Shown: one piece after another, positions 10,350-18,588 of the stretch
Layout: every line of letters starts with the position of its first letter
How positions within the stretch are numbered: the first letter of the stretch is position 1
Assembly: GCA_965140415.1 (NCBI GenBank)
Contig: OZ223209.1
Location: forward strand, 2,176,001-2,240,000
Length of the DNA stretch: 64,000 nucleotides
Reading direction: 5' to 3'
DNA from: Myxococcota bacterium
Lineage (GTDB): Bacteria; Myxococcota_A; SURF-8
Translations under genes and position numbers: made by a program
The notes under the pieces: generated by a model
The model's input: the letters and a program-made list of their open reading frames with translations, nothing else
Database searches by the model: none
Told to the model about the DNA's origin: nothing

Positions 10350-10376
10350 TATTCGGTTTCTATCGAGTGGAGTTTA
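10350..10376 (-). promoter_or_regulatory. Putative sigma28 (FliA) promoter
   Basis: Minus strand TAAA-N15-ACCGAATA versus consensus TAAA-N15-GCCGATAA, about 50 bp upstream of the flagellin-like start. Confidence 0.55.
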
Positions 10377-10405
10377 GAGGAAAAATTTTGTAACCACTTG
10401 AAATA

Positions 10406-10447
10406 ACTAGGAAAAATATTCTCACACTAGGAAAATAATTCCTAGTG
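10406..10447. promoter_or_regulatory. Repeated/palindromic putative regulator site
   Basis: ACTAGGAAAA at 10406 and 10426. Palindrome CACTAGGAA-AATAA-TTCCTAGTG (10425-10447). Further CTAGGAAAA at 10512. Confidence 0.45.
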
Positions 10448-10927
10448 CGGCTTCGATTTGGTTGAAACTCAGCCAAAAAGCGGATGAATCAACTCGTTTA
10501 AACAGAGTGGGCTAGGAAAAAAATGCCGGTTATAAAAATGCGAGAAGAGCATTTTTTTTGTAGTTTTCTGGGTGATTTTTATTAATGAGGCGTTTCTCTT
10601 GCTGGATGACTTCTCGATAAATGCAACACGCAGCATAAACTGCAAATCGGCTGTGCCGCAAAGATCCGAAGACGCACACTAGATCCACACAAAAAGACCG
10701 TAAACGACCAGTGAAAGTTGTCATAAACAGCGCCGAACTCCGAAAATTCGTTTACGCGCGGAGTAAAATTCGATTTTTAACCGATTTTCACCTATCGGTA
10801 GTGTCTGTTTACGTGTCAATAGCGGTCGGATTGTGGTCGTCTACGGTAAGGTAGTGGCAAAGGGAGCTTTTTGCGGCAAATTCGCTGTCCGGCAGATCGT
10901 GTAATTTCAGTCGAATTGTTTCACGCA

Positions 10928-11007
10928 AGTAAAAGGACTTTCACTTTTCAAATATAAAAGTAAAAGATCCTTTACTTTTCTGCTGAGGTAGTTAAGAATA
11001 CTTTACT
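10928..11007. promoter_or_regulatory. Three operator-like palindromes upstream of the Fic gene
   Basis: AGTAAA-N6-TTCACT (10928), AGTAAA-N6-TTTACT (10959) and AGTTAA-N6-TTTACT (10990). Exact 31-bp period. Confidence 0.6.
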
Positions 11008-11019
11008 AATGGAGGTCGC

Positions 11020-12189
11020 ATGAAACGGGTGACCGGAAAATATGAAGAAAGCAGCGTGGCGGGTGAGACGGTAAAGGCGTTCGTTCCCCATCCCTTGCCT
11101 CCGCAAGATCCGTCCTTTTCCCTGGATGAAAACCTGATCGAACTCCTGCACCAAGCCGAACATCATCTGGATCGCCTGGAGTTGGCCGGAGAGATGGTGC
11201 CGTCCATGGAATGGTTCATCTATGGTTTCGTCCGCAAGGAAGCGGTTATTTCTTCTCAGATCGAAGGGACGCAGGCCACGTTGATCGATCTTCTGACTTA
11301 CGAGGCCACGGATCGAACGGGTGAGACGCTCAAAGCCGATGTCGAGGAAATCTGCAACTATATCAACGCCTTGAAGTACGCTCGCGAGGAGCTGAGCCGA
11401 AAAAACGGATTGCCGTTGTCCATGCGTTTGCTCACGGAAGCTCACAAGCACCTGATGCAAGGAGCACGTGGCGGTGACAAACAACCCGGTGAAATTCGTC
11501 GCAGCCAGAACTGGATCGGCGGTACGCGCCCCGGAAACGCGGTGTATGTGCCGCCGCCCTCACAGTTGATTACCGAATTGCTCGGTGCTTTGGAAACGTA
11601 CATCCATATCGACGATCCCCTGCCGCCGCTCGTGCGTGCCGGTTTGATCCACGTGCAGTTCGAGACGATCCACCCTTTCTTGGACGGCAACGGCAGACTC
11701 GGACGATTATTGATCATCCTGCTCCTCGAGCATTGGGGACAACTTTCCCAACCCTTGCTTTACTTGAGCCTGTTTTTCAAACGACACCGCGCCGAATACT
11801 ATCGCCTGCTCAACCGTGTCCGAACCCATGGCGATTGGGAAGCCTGGATCGCCTTTTTCCTTGAAGGTGTGGCCGTGATTGCGAAAGAAGCGGCGGATGT
11901 AGCGAAGGATCTCTTCGATCTAGTTTCTCGCGACCGGGAAAAATTGCTGGCACTGCCGAATGCGACAGTCATGGGCTTGCGGCTGTTCGAGCAGTTGCCT
12001 ATGAGTCCGATTCTTACGGCGGCCAATGTGGTGGAGCGATTGAAAACGACCAAGCCAACCGCCATGAAAGCGATCAACCTGCTGGTCGAAGCGAATATTC
12101 TATCCGAAGTCACAGGGAAAAAGCGGGATCAGACCTTCGGCTACTCGGCCTATCTGGATCGCCTACGCATCGGCACGGACATCGAGTAA
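11020..12189 (+). CDS. Fic family protein (Fic_N-Fic-HTH, class II-like)
   Basis: HPFLDGNGRLGR catalytic motif, N-terminal SSQIEG inhibitory motif, C-terminal winged-HTH-like region and GGAGG RBS. Confidence 0.95.
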   Translation: MKRVTGKYEESSVAGETVKAFVPHPLPPQDPSFSLDENLIELLHQAEHHLDRLELAGEMVPSMEWFIYGFVRKEAVISSQIEGTQATLIDLLTYEATDRTGETLKADVEEICNYINALKYAREELSRKNGLPLSMRLLTEAHKHLMQGARGGDKQPGEIRRSQNWIGGTRPGNAVYVPPPSQLITELLGALETYIHIDDPLPPLVRAGLIHVQFETIHPFLDGNGRLGRLLIILLLEHWGQLSQPLLYLSLFFKRHRAEYYRLLNRVRTHGDWEAWIAFFLEGVAVIAKEAADVAKDLFDLVSRDREKLLALPNATVMGLRLFEQLPMSPILTAANVVERLKTTKPTAMKAINLLVEANILSEVTGKKRDQTFGYSAYLDRLRIGTDIE

Positions 12190-12317
12190 ATGAGAAATAG
12201 GCTAGGTTTGCGTTTCTAGATCCGGTAATGCCCGTTTATCAAGAGCCGTATGTTAGGTTTTCTTTTACTTCGTCTCGATCAATTCGCTTTTGAAAGGAAA
12301 CCCCAAAAACGGACCGA

Positions 12318-12836
12318 TCAGAGAAAGCGATTTACACGCTCGAATGGAATGTGATCGCCGATATCTCTGCCGTAATACATATCGCCGATATGGCCTGTCT
12401 CGTCGATCAGAAAATCTGCGGGGATGCGAGTAAGGGTGCCGTCTGGAATGCCGGGCAGAAAGCCCTTTGTGAGCGCCTTCGCCAGTCTCAAGAGTAAAGC
12501 CGGGCGCATCATCGCAGTAACGCTGTCATTCACGCCATAGAGATCGTAAACCGCTTCGGCGGGATCGGCCAGTAGTGGAAAAGGGGGATTCTGGCGACCG
12601 ACGTATTGGCCGATCTTTTCAACCGGGCTTTGAAACACGGCCACAATTCGAAGTCCTTTGGATTTCCACACATCGAAGTGGTCGATCATTTCTTGAATTC
12701 TCAAATTGCATAATGGACAGGCGGAGTATCGGAAAAAGGAAAGCCACAGTTTGCTGCCTCTACGGTCGGCAAGACGAAAGCTGGAACCGTTGTATGTATC
12801 AAGTGAAAAGTGCGGCGCTTCCTGACCGATTTTCAT
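12318..12836 (-). CDS. AhpC/TSA peroxiredoxin-like redoxin
   Basis: GQEAPHFSL, FFRYSACPLC, FPLLADP and PADFLID motifs. Confidence 0.85.
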   Translation of the reverse strand: MKIGQEAPHFSLDTYNGSSFRLADRRGSKLWLSFFRYSACPLCNLRIQEMIDHFDVWKSKGLRIVAVFQSPVEKIGQYVGRQNPPFPLLADPAEAVYDLYGVNDSVTAMMRPALLLRLAKALTKGFLPGIPDGTLTRIPADFLIDETGHIGDMYYGRDIGDHIPFERVNRFL

Positions 12837-13036
12837 GACAGTGCGTTTCCGGGCTCTCATTATTATTACCCCTTACCGTATTTTGAATAAGCCTCTACTC
12901 TGCAAAGAGACGAAGCCTAGAGAAAACATTCCGGAAAAGAGATTGGAGGTTGAAGGAAACGACAGGCTGGATATTCGTCATATTTAGCTACTAATCTGAA
13001 GGATTTGTGCCATAGTCTTACGCGATCGAAGATCGT

Positions 13037-13076
13037 GGAAGGCTGTGTGTTTTCTTGTGGTTACACACGGCCTCCC
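13037..13076. terminator. Stem-loop downstream of leuS-ispH
   Basis: AGGCTGTGTGT / ACACACGGCCT inverted repeat. No clear U-tract. Confidence 0.35.
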
Positions 13077-13174
13077 GGAATTTTCATTCCGTGAGACCAT
13101 GGCACACCCGGATTACTCGATGGATAGAAATGAGTAATATCTCCTTTAGGTTGTTGATGTTGCTTGGAGAACCG

Positions 13175-14020
13175 TTATTCGATTGCTTCGATTGCTTCAG
13201 CAACTTCTCGGATCAGCTCCGGCGGTGTCGATGCACTGCCCGTCAGGCCGATTTCCGAAAGATCCTCGAACCAACCGACATCGATTTCAGCAAGGCAGGA
13301 AACACGTTGCACCTGAGTGATTTGACTGGCCAGATCGACCAGAGAGTTGCAGTTGGAACTGGTTTCGTCGCCCACAACGAGGACCAGCGGCACCTGTTTT
13401 GCCAGTTCGATAAGCGCTTGCTGGCGCTTGCGAGATGAGTCGCAGATCGTGTTCCGAATAACGGCATCCGGTCGGATTTCAACAAGTTTTCTGGTGATTT
13501 CATCGAAATCGGAAAGCATCATCGTTGACTGAGAAAACAGGGAAATGGAAGCCGATTCCGTGATCCATGTTTTCAGAGCGTTGATATCGCTTGGATATTG
13601 TACGATTTCGATTTCGTCGCGGTTGTCTTTGAGTCCCTGGGCTTCGGGATGTTCCGCTTTGCCGAAAAGCAGAACGCGCCCTCCTTGAGAGAGCGCGTGA
13701 TCCATTTTCTGTTTGATGGTCTGAACCATGGGGCAGGTTGCGTCTATTATGTGTTCGCTGCGGGCAGAGAGTGCATCTTTCTCGGTGCTCGTCACACCAT
13801 GCGCACGCAGGATAACGCTGCCGGAAAGGGAGCCATCCGGCAAGTCGGAAAGGATGCCTTCCTCTTCTAACAGCTTGATTACACGCTGGTTATGGACTAG
13901 ATTGCCGTACAGATAAACGGGGCGTCCCATTGCGCGTTGCTGGCGCGCCAGTTCGATGGCGCGCAACACACCAAAGCAGAATCCTGCTTCTTCGGCGATA
14001 CGAACTCGGATGCGCCCCAT
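13175..14020 (-). CDS. ispH: 4-hydroxy-3-methylbut-2-enyl diphosphate reductase
   Basis: GFCFGV, LVHN, RAHG, DATCP, HPE, NTIC, SSN and ASTP motifs. Confidence 0.96.
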   Translation of the reverse strand: MGRIRVRIAEEAGFCFGVLRAIELARQQRAMGRPVYLYGNLVHNQRVIKLLEEEGILSDLPDGSLSGSVILRAHGVTSTEKDALSARSEHIIDATCPMVQTIKQKMDHALSQGGRVLLFGKAEHPEAQGLKDNRDEIEIVQYPSDINALKTWITESASISLFSQSTMMLSDFDEITRKLVEIRPDAVIRNTICDSSRKRQQALIELAKQVPLVLVVGDETSSNCNSLVDLASQITQVQRVSCLAEIDVGWFEDLSEIGLTGSASTPPELIREVAEAIEAIE

Positions 14021-14032
14021 CCGCAGCCTGCC

Positions 14033-16453
14033 TTACTTGGCCACGATATTGACCAGTTTGTTCGGAACGACGATCACCTTTCGCACCGTTGCGGTCAGGT
14101 ATTTCTTGACCTTTTCGTTTTCCAGGGCCAGCTTTTCCAACTCGTCCTTGGCTGTATCGCGAGCAACGGTCAATTCGCCGCGTAGTTTGCCGTTGACCTG
14201 CACGACGACCGTGATGGTATTGTCGATCAGCAAAGCGTCTTCGTAGCTTGGCCAAGGCTGGTTGTGTACGCTCTCCGAAGCGTCCGTATGACCCAGCGCC
14301 GCCCAAAGTTCCTCCGCCACGAACGGCAGGAAGGGGGCTGCCAAAACCACATAGGTTTCAAGCAGTTCACGGCTTCTGGCGTCGGCGGCGCGCATGTCGT
14401 TCAACAGCGTCATCAGTTGTGCGATGGCGGTATTGTAGGAAAGCGATTCGATATCCTCGCCGACCTTTTTGATGGTACGGTGCAACTGTCGCAGCACCGC
14501 GTCCGGGCAAACGTCGTTCGTTCCCTGATCGATGAAACCGAACAGCCGTTCGACGTAGCGACGGCAACCGGTAATGCCCTGGTCGTCGAAATCGCCGCCC
14601 AGCGTAAAGGGACCGATGAACATCAGGTACAGGCGGAAGGTATCCGCACCGTAACGTCCGATGAAGTCGTCCGGGTTGATGACGTTGCCCTTGCTCTTGC
14701 TCATCTTGCCGCCGTCTTTGGTGATGATGCCGTGTGCGCGGAAGGACTTGCAAGGTTCTTCGAAGTGCAGATAACCCAGATCATGCAACACCATGGTGAT
14801 AAAGCGGAAATAGAGCAGATGCCCGAAGCTGTGTTCTTTACCGCCGATGTACATATCCACCGGCAGCCACTTCTGGGTGATTTCCTTGTTCAAAAACTCC
14901 GTGTCGTGGCCGATGCTGGGATAGCGCAGGTAGTACCAGGCGCTGTCCAGGAAATTGTCGCTGACATCCGTTTCCCGGCGAGCGGGACTGCCGCATTTCG
15001 GGCAGGTCGTCTGAACCCAGTTGTCGTTGCGGGCCAAGGGGCTTTTTCCGCTGCCATCCGGGATATAGTCGTCCGATTCGGGGAGCAGGACCGGAAGCTG
15101 ATCTTCCGGAACCGGGACGTCGCCGCATTTTTCGCAGTTGACGATCGGAATGGGCGGTCCCCAGTAGCGCTGGCGGCTGATGCACCAGTCGCGCAGACGG
15201 TAATTGATGCTGCCCTTGCCGGTGCCTTTTTCTTCCAGCCAGGCGGTGACTTTTTCGATGGATTCCGAACCGGGGGTGCCGGTGAAATCGCCGGAGTTGA
15301 TCATCTGGCCGGGACCGCTATAGGCTTCGCCCAAATCACCCTGGGCCTTGCCGTCGGGAGCGATGACCTCGATTATCGGGATATTCATGACTTTGGCGAA
15401 TTCGTAGTCGCGCTGGTCGTGCGCGGGAACGGCCATAATCGCGCCGGTGCCATAGTCCATCAGAACGTAATCGGCGATGTAAATCGGCACCTGTTCGCCG
15501 TTCACGGGATTGATCGCATAGCCTCCGGTGAAGACGCCGGTTTTTTCCTTAACCAGTTCCGAACGTTCGAAATGGGATTTCTTCTTGGCTTTTTCCTGAT
15601 AGTCGTGCACCGCCTGTTTCTGCTCGTCGGTGGTGATTTTCTCGACCAATGGATGCTCGGGAGCGAAGACCATGTAGGTGACACCCCACAGGGTATCGGG
15701 GCGTGTCGTGAAGATCTGAAAGGCTTCGCTGCTTGTTTCCAGTGTAAACGTAACCGTTGCGCCCAGGCTCTTGCCGATTTTCGTGCGTTGCACGTTGGTG
15801 ACGATATCCGGCCAGTCGATGCTGTCCAGGTTGTTCAGCAGTCGCTCTGCGTAATCGGTGATTTTGAAGAACCACTGCGAGAGTTCCCGCTGCTCTACCT
15901 TCACATCGCCGTGACGTTCGCAGAAGCCGTCTTCCACCTGGCTGTCGGCGAGAACGGTTTTGCATTCCGGGCACCAGTTGACCGGGGCCGTTCGTTTTTC
16001 GGCCAGACCGTTTTTGTACAGTTGCAGAAAGATCCACTGGGTCCAGCGGTAATACTCGGGCGAGGTGGTATCCAGCGAGTGGGTCCAGTCGAACATGTTT
16101 CCCAGTTTTTTCAACTGGTTTTCGCGGAAATTCTCGACGTTCTCTTTGGTCAGTTGCGCCGGATGCTTGCCAACTTTCAGCGCGAAGTTTTCCGAGTGGA
16201 TGCCGAAAGCGTCGAAGCCCATCGGCTCGAAAACCGAATAGCCGTTAAGGCGCTTGTAGCGGCCATAAATGTCCGATCCGATAAAGGCAAAGCAATTTCC
16301 AACGTGCAGACCTTCCGCCGAAGGGTAGGGGAACATCATCAGATTGTAAAACGGGTTGGGGGCGTCGGTCAGGTCCAGATTGTAATCGCCACGTTCTTCC
16401 CAGATTTGTCGCCATTTCGCTTCGATTGCCGTTGGATCGTATGTCTTACTCAT
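14033..16453 (-). CDS. leuS: Leucine--tRNA ligase
   Basis: MFPYPS.EGLHVGN, FTTRPDT, GTGAIMAVPAHDQRD, DWCISRQRYWG, KMSKSKGN and VQVNGKLRG. Confidence 0.98.
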   Translation of the reverse strand: MSKTYDPTAIEAKWRQIWEERGDYNLDLTDAPNPFYNLMMFPYPSAEGLHVGNCFAFIGSDIYGRYKRLNGYSVFEPMGFDAFGIHSENFALKVGKHPAQLTKENVENFRENQLKKLGNMFDWTHSLDTTSPEYYRWTQWIFLQLYKNGLAEKRTAPVNWCPECKTVLADSQVEDGFCERHGDVKVEQRELSQWFFKITDYAERLLNNLDSIDWPDIVTNVQRTKIGKSLGATVTFTLETSSEAFQIFTTRPDTLWGVTYMVFAPEHPLVEKITTDEQKQAVHDYQEKAKKKSHFERSELVKEKTGVFTGGYAINPVNGEQVPIYIADYVLMDYGTGAIMAVPAHDQRDYEFAKVMNIPIIEVIAPDGKAQGDLGEAYSGPGQMINSGDFTGTPGSESIEKVTAWLEEKGTGKGSINYRLRDWCISRQRYWGPPIPIVNCEKCGDVPVPEDQLPVLLPESDDYIPDGSGKSPLARNDNWVQTTCPKCGSPARRETDVSDNFLDSAWYYLRYPSIGHDTEFLNKEITQKWLPVDMYIGGKEHSFGHLLYFRFITMVLHDLGYLHFEEPCKSFRAHGIITKDGGKMSKSKGNVINPDDFIGRYGADTFRLYLMFIGPFTLGGDFDDQGITGCRRYVERLFGFIDQGTNDVCPDAVLRQLHRTIKKVGEDIESLSYNTAIAQLMTLLNDMRAADARSRELLETYVVLAAPFLPFVAEELWAALGHTDASESVHNQPWPSYEDALLIDNTITVVVQVNGKLRGELTVARDTAKDELEKLALENEKVKKYLTATVRKVIVVPNKLVNIVAK

Positions 16454-16672
16454 CGTTTTTCTCGATTTCTAAAGGGTCAACTGTTCAAATACCTGGAATT
16501 TCCCAATAAGATTTGGCAGGATAATGCATGTCGAATGGACAGGCAAGGGAAAAGTAACCCCTGTAAACAGGCTGCATATTCCCTGCTGATAGCCTGTTAT
16601 GGATGTGGTTATGTAAGTGATACTCAATTGCTTTGGATGCCTTTGGGCATCCATTGAAAAACAAGGAATTTC

Positions 16673-17815
16673 ATGAGTTTTTCATACGAATACGAAACCG
16701 GGCCGATTCGTCCACCTTCCGAGGCGTCGAGTTTACTGGTGCGGGTCAGTCGAAATTGCACCTACAATCGGTGTCGCTTCTGTACCAGCTATCATGGGCA
16801 ACGTTTCGAAAAACGCGCCGTACAGGAGGTCAAAGACGATATCGATCGCATGGCGGCGATTGCCGAACTGTTGTTGCAGCAAGCACAACTGGATGGCGGA
16901 CGCATGACGCAACAGGTGCTGGAAGCCGTCGCCCGAAAAGGCGTTGGCACGCATTTAAGCTATCAGATTGCGCTTTTCCTGGTGGGGGGTGGGCAGAACG
17001 TCTTTTTGCAGGACGCCAACAGCTTGGCTTTGCCTGCGGAAGATCTTGTGGCGGTGTTAGAGCATCTCTATCTGCGTTTTCCAAACGTGAAACGTGTAAC
17101 CAGCTATGCCCGCTCGCGAACGCTGGCCCAGCGCGGTGCACAGGCGCTTACGGAAATTCGAAAGGCCGGGTTAACGCGTGTGCATGTTGGGCTGGAATCC
17201 GGCTCCGACGAGGTGTTAGCGTTTATCCGCAAAGGGGTGACAGCCGAAGGGCATATCGCCGGAGGGCAGGCGGCCAAGCAAGCCGGGCTGGAATTGTCGG
17301 AATATGTCATGCCCGGTGTGGGCGGGGGTGAGTTAAGCGAACGGCACGCCATCGAGACTGCCAGGGTGCTGACCGCCATCGATCCGCATTTCATTCGCCT
17401 GCGCAGCTTCTATCCGTTGCCGGGTAGCGAACTGGCCGACGAACTGAAGCAGGGAAGCTTTGTGCTGCTGGATGAAGAAGGGCTCGTTCATGAAATCCGG
17501 CGCATGACCGAAGCGCTGGGCGATATTCACAGTACGCTGGCAAGCGATCACGACCGGAATTTGCTGATGGAAGTCGAAGGCACTTTTCCCCGGGATCGCG
17601 ACTACATGCTGGGTGTCATCGACCGCTATTTGCAGATGCCGGAAGAGGAGCGCCTGCTTTTTCGTATTGGCAGACGGCTGGGGCATTTCCGCTTATTGGA
17701 CGACTTGCAGGATCAGCGGGCACATCAGGCCGCTGAGGAGGCCGTGGACGAACTGACTCGCCGCTTTGGAGATGCCGAAGCCGGACTCTATCGCATCATT
17801 CAGGTGCAGATGTAG
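16673..17815 (+). CDS. Radical SAM protein (IRPPSE family)
   Basis: IRPPSEASS, CTYNRCRFC (CxxxCxxC), FLQDAN, GLESGSD and SDH motifs. Confidence 0.92.
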   Translation: MSFSYEYETGPIRPPSEASSLLVRVSRNCTYNRCRFCTSYHGQRFEKRAVQEVKDDIDRMAAIAELLLQQAQLDGGRMTQQVLEAVARKGVGTHLSYQIALFLVGGGQNVFLQDANSLALPAEDLVAVLEHLYLRFPNVKRVTSYARSRTLAQRGAQALTEIRKAGLTRVHVGLESGSDEVLAFIRKGVTAEGHIAGGQAAKQAGLELSEYVMPGVGGGELSERHAIETARVLTAIDPHFIRLRSFYPLPGSELADELKQGSFVLLDEEGLVHEIRRMTEALGDIHSTLASDHDRNLLMEVEGTFPRDRDYMLGVIDRYLQMPEEERLLFRIGRRLGHFRLLDDLQDQRAHQAAEEAVDELTRRFGDAEAGLYRIIQVQM

Positions 17816-17872
17816 CAGATGTAATAGTGGTCACTGCTAGTTGAGTTGTGTTATTGGAAGTGGGTGCCCGGT

Positions 17873-17961
17873 GGGTGGCATGGGCGAACCGCAGGTTGCC
17901 CATGAGCCAAAACAAGAACACGGGCAAGCTCCATTCCATTCCGCTTTGCCACGTGGCACCC
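17873..17961 (+). repeat. REP-like palindromic element
   Basis: GGGTGGCATGGGCGAACC-GCA-GGTTGCCCATG...CACGGGCAAGC...GCTTTGCCACGTGGCACCC. Homologous to the copies at 26711 and 45142. Confidence 0.8.
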
Positions 17962-18010
17962 TTGGTTATGACGTATTTCAAAGAATACTTATTTCTAACA
18001 GCCAGGCAGA

Positions 18011-18580
18011 CTATGCGCGGGTGTCCACGGAATTGGCTTTGCGAATAAACATCAGGTTGATCAGGTTGATCAGGACGTGAGCGACAATCGGTGCGGCCAG
18101 GGTTCCGGTTTGCTCGAAATACCAACCCAACAAGCCGCCCAGCGCCAGTGCGGAGATCGTCCAGGGAATGTACTGTTTGGATGGTCCGATATGCAATAAA
18201 CCGAAAAGCAGCGTGGTGGCGACCCAGCCGATGGCGGGTTGCATCGCGCCCCGGAAAAACGCCTCTTCGGCGATGCCGGAAAAGAAGGCAATGACTAAAA
18301 TATCCACGATGGTGATGCGTCCCAATAGACGCCCGAAATCCCGTTCCAGATTACGCGACCATTGAAAGTAAGCCACACTAAGCCGCGAAAGCACCACAAC
18401 GGCAATCGCCGTTGCCAGCCCCAGAGCCACTCCTCGAATAATATCCGTTTCCGAAATACGCCCGAGCCATTCGGGATGAACGAAGACCATCGAATCGCCG
18501 CGAAGCCACGCCCAGCCCATGGCCGCCGCCATCAGCGCGCCATAGAAGAAGACGACCAGTCCGAGGTTGATTCGTTGCAT
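18011..18580 (-). CDS. CPBP (CAAX/Abi) family intramembrane metalloprotease
   Basis: EEAFFRG, FGLLH and AHVLIN motifs; multiple TM helices. Confidence 0.92.
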   Translation of the reverse strand: MQRINLGLVVFFYGALMAAAMGWAWLRGDSMVFVHPEWLGRISETDIIRGVALGLATAIAVVVLSRLSVAYFQWSRNLERDFGRLLGRITIVDILVIAFFSGIAEEAFFRGAMQPAIGWVATTLLFGLLHIGPSKQYIPWTISALALGGLLGWYFEQTGTLAAPIVAHVLINLINLMFIRKANSVDTRA

Positions 18581-18588
18581 GATTTAGC

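Noticed and set aside
10530-10724. 64-aa minus-strand ORF in the long intergenic region
   Set aside because: No RBS or motif, and non-coding-like composition.
12236-12260. TTATCAAGAG resembling the start of a SAM-I riboswitch
   Set aside because: The remaining SAM-I core elements are absent and the site lies between convergent genes.
10314-12317. Fic region as a prophage or genomic island
   Set aside because: No integrase, transposase, tRNA target or flanking att repeats are visible.
16295-16320. LeuS HIGH motif reads HVGN
   Set aside because: A plausible natural variant. All other LeuRS motifs are intact, so this is not evidence of a pseudogene.
14264-16657. 797-aa plus-strand ORF
   Set aside because: Antisense shadow of leuS. 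No motifs, and explained by codon bias.
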